UHGV virus genome: UHGV-0113858
DNA from: a virus
Direction: 5' to 3' (one strand)
Length of the DNA stretch: 64,000 bases
A model generated the notes under the pieces. That model saw nothing but the letters and a program-made list of their open reading frames with translations, did not search any database and was not told the origin of the DNA. Shown piece by piece: positions 63,910 to 64,000 of this stretch. The position numbers were made by a program, and so were the translations under genes. Each line of letters begins with the position of its first letter. The stretch's first letter is position 1.

Positions 63910-64000
63910 AACCTTCCGCCTGATAATATGTTGTATTATAAGGGGTTTCGATACTGAAGCTTATCTGGCACATCTCCTGAGCAAGATATTTTCCAAGTTC

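Noticed and set aside
1-64000. tRNA or rRNA genes
   Set aside because: I searched by eye for T-arm-like GGTTCGAATCC or GTTCAAATCC motifs and cloverleaf-sized GC stems in the intergenic regions and found none. The GC hairpins in 12-21 kb are simple promoter or terminator stem-loops.

Overview
This window appears to be a segment of a large virulent tailed-phage (Caudoviricetes) genome, with enterobacterial-type expression signals (many near-consensus sigma70 TTGACA-N17/18-TATAAT promoters, AGGAG-like Shine-Dalgarno sites, hairpin plus T-run terminators). I found no rRNA, tRNA or CRISPR array. Several ORF-track entries begin on TTG or GTG, so a number of 5' ends are overcalled. Coordinates I derived by hand for sub-60-aa genes and adjusted starts may be off by 1-3 nt.

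The window falls into three blocks:
- Block i (1-11.3 kb) is AT-rich. It holds a leftward operon ending in a partial AAA+ ATPase, then + strand small genes including an HD-domain (p)ppGpp-hydrolase-like protein, a MazG-like protein, a mini-HAD phosphatase, an HExxH-plus-VWA protein and a winged-helix regulator.
- Block ii (11.3-21.5 kb) is GC-richer and gatc/ccggg-rich, with about 25 small + strand genes. It follows a stereotyped architecture of consensus promoter, short GC hairpin and an AAGGTAAA-N-ATG ribosome-binding site. It is bounded on the left by iteron-like tandem repeats near 11.5 kb. It is bounded on the right by a 1.8 kb repeat-rich noncoding island (21.5-23.25 kb) carrying a recurring 19-bp palindrome, AATGAGAATCATTCTCATT.
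- Block iii (23.3-64 kb) is an almost uniformly minus-strand early, nucleotide-metabolism and repair block. Calls include nrdA, nrdB, an NrdH/glutaredoxin-like redoxin, ThyX, dNMP-kinase-like and HAD nucleotidase-like proteins, PhoH, a GH19 endolysin, a CCA-adding enzyme, a Dam-like MTase and a ClpP-like protease. It also holds an ATP-dependent DNA ligase, Sir2, a Pnk kinase domain plus RNA ligase, a DnaQ-like exonuclease, a RuvC-like resolvase, NADAR, an SPFH-lipoprotein operon and a Cid1/OAS-like nucleotidyltransferase. Four HNH or AP2 homing-endonuclease-like genes and many small membrane or Cys-rich proteins are scattered through it. One oppositely oriented cassette (28.1-30.1 kb) encodes a 498-aa multi-zinc-ribbon protein.

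Functional calls rest on motifs visible in the translations. No database search was possible.
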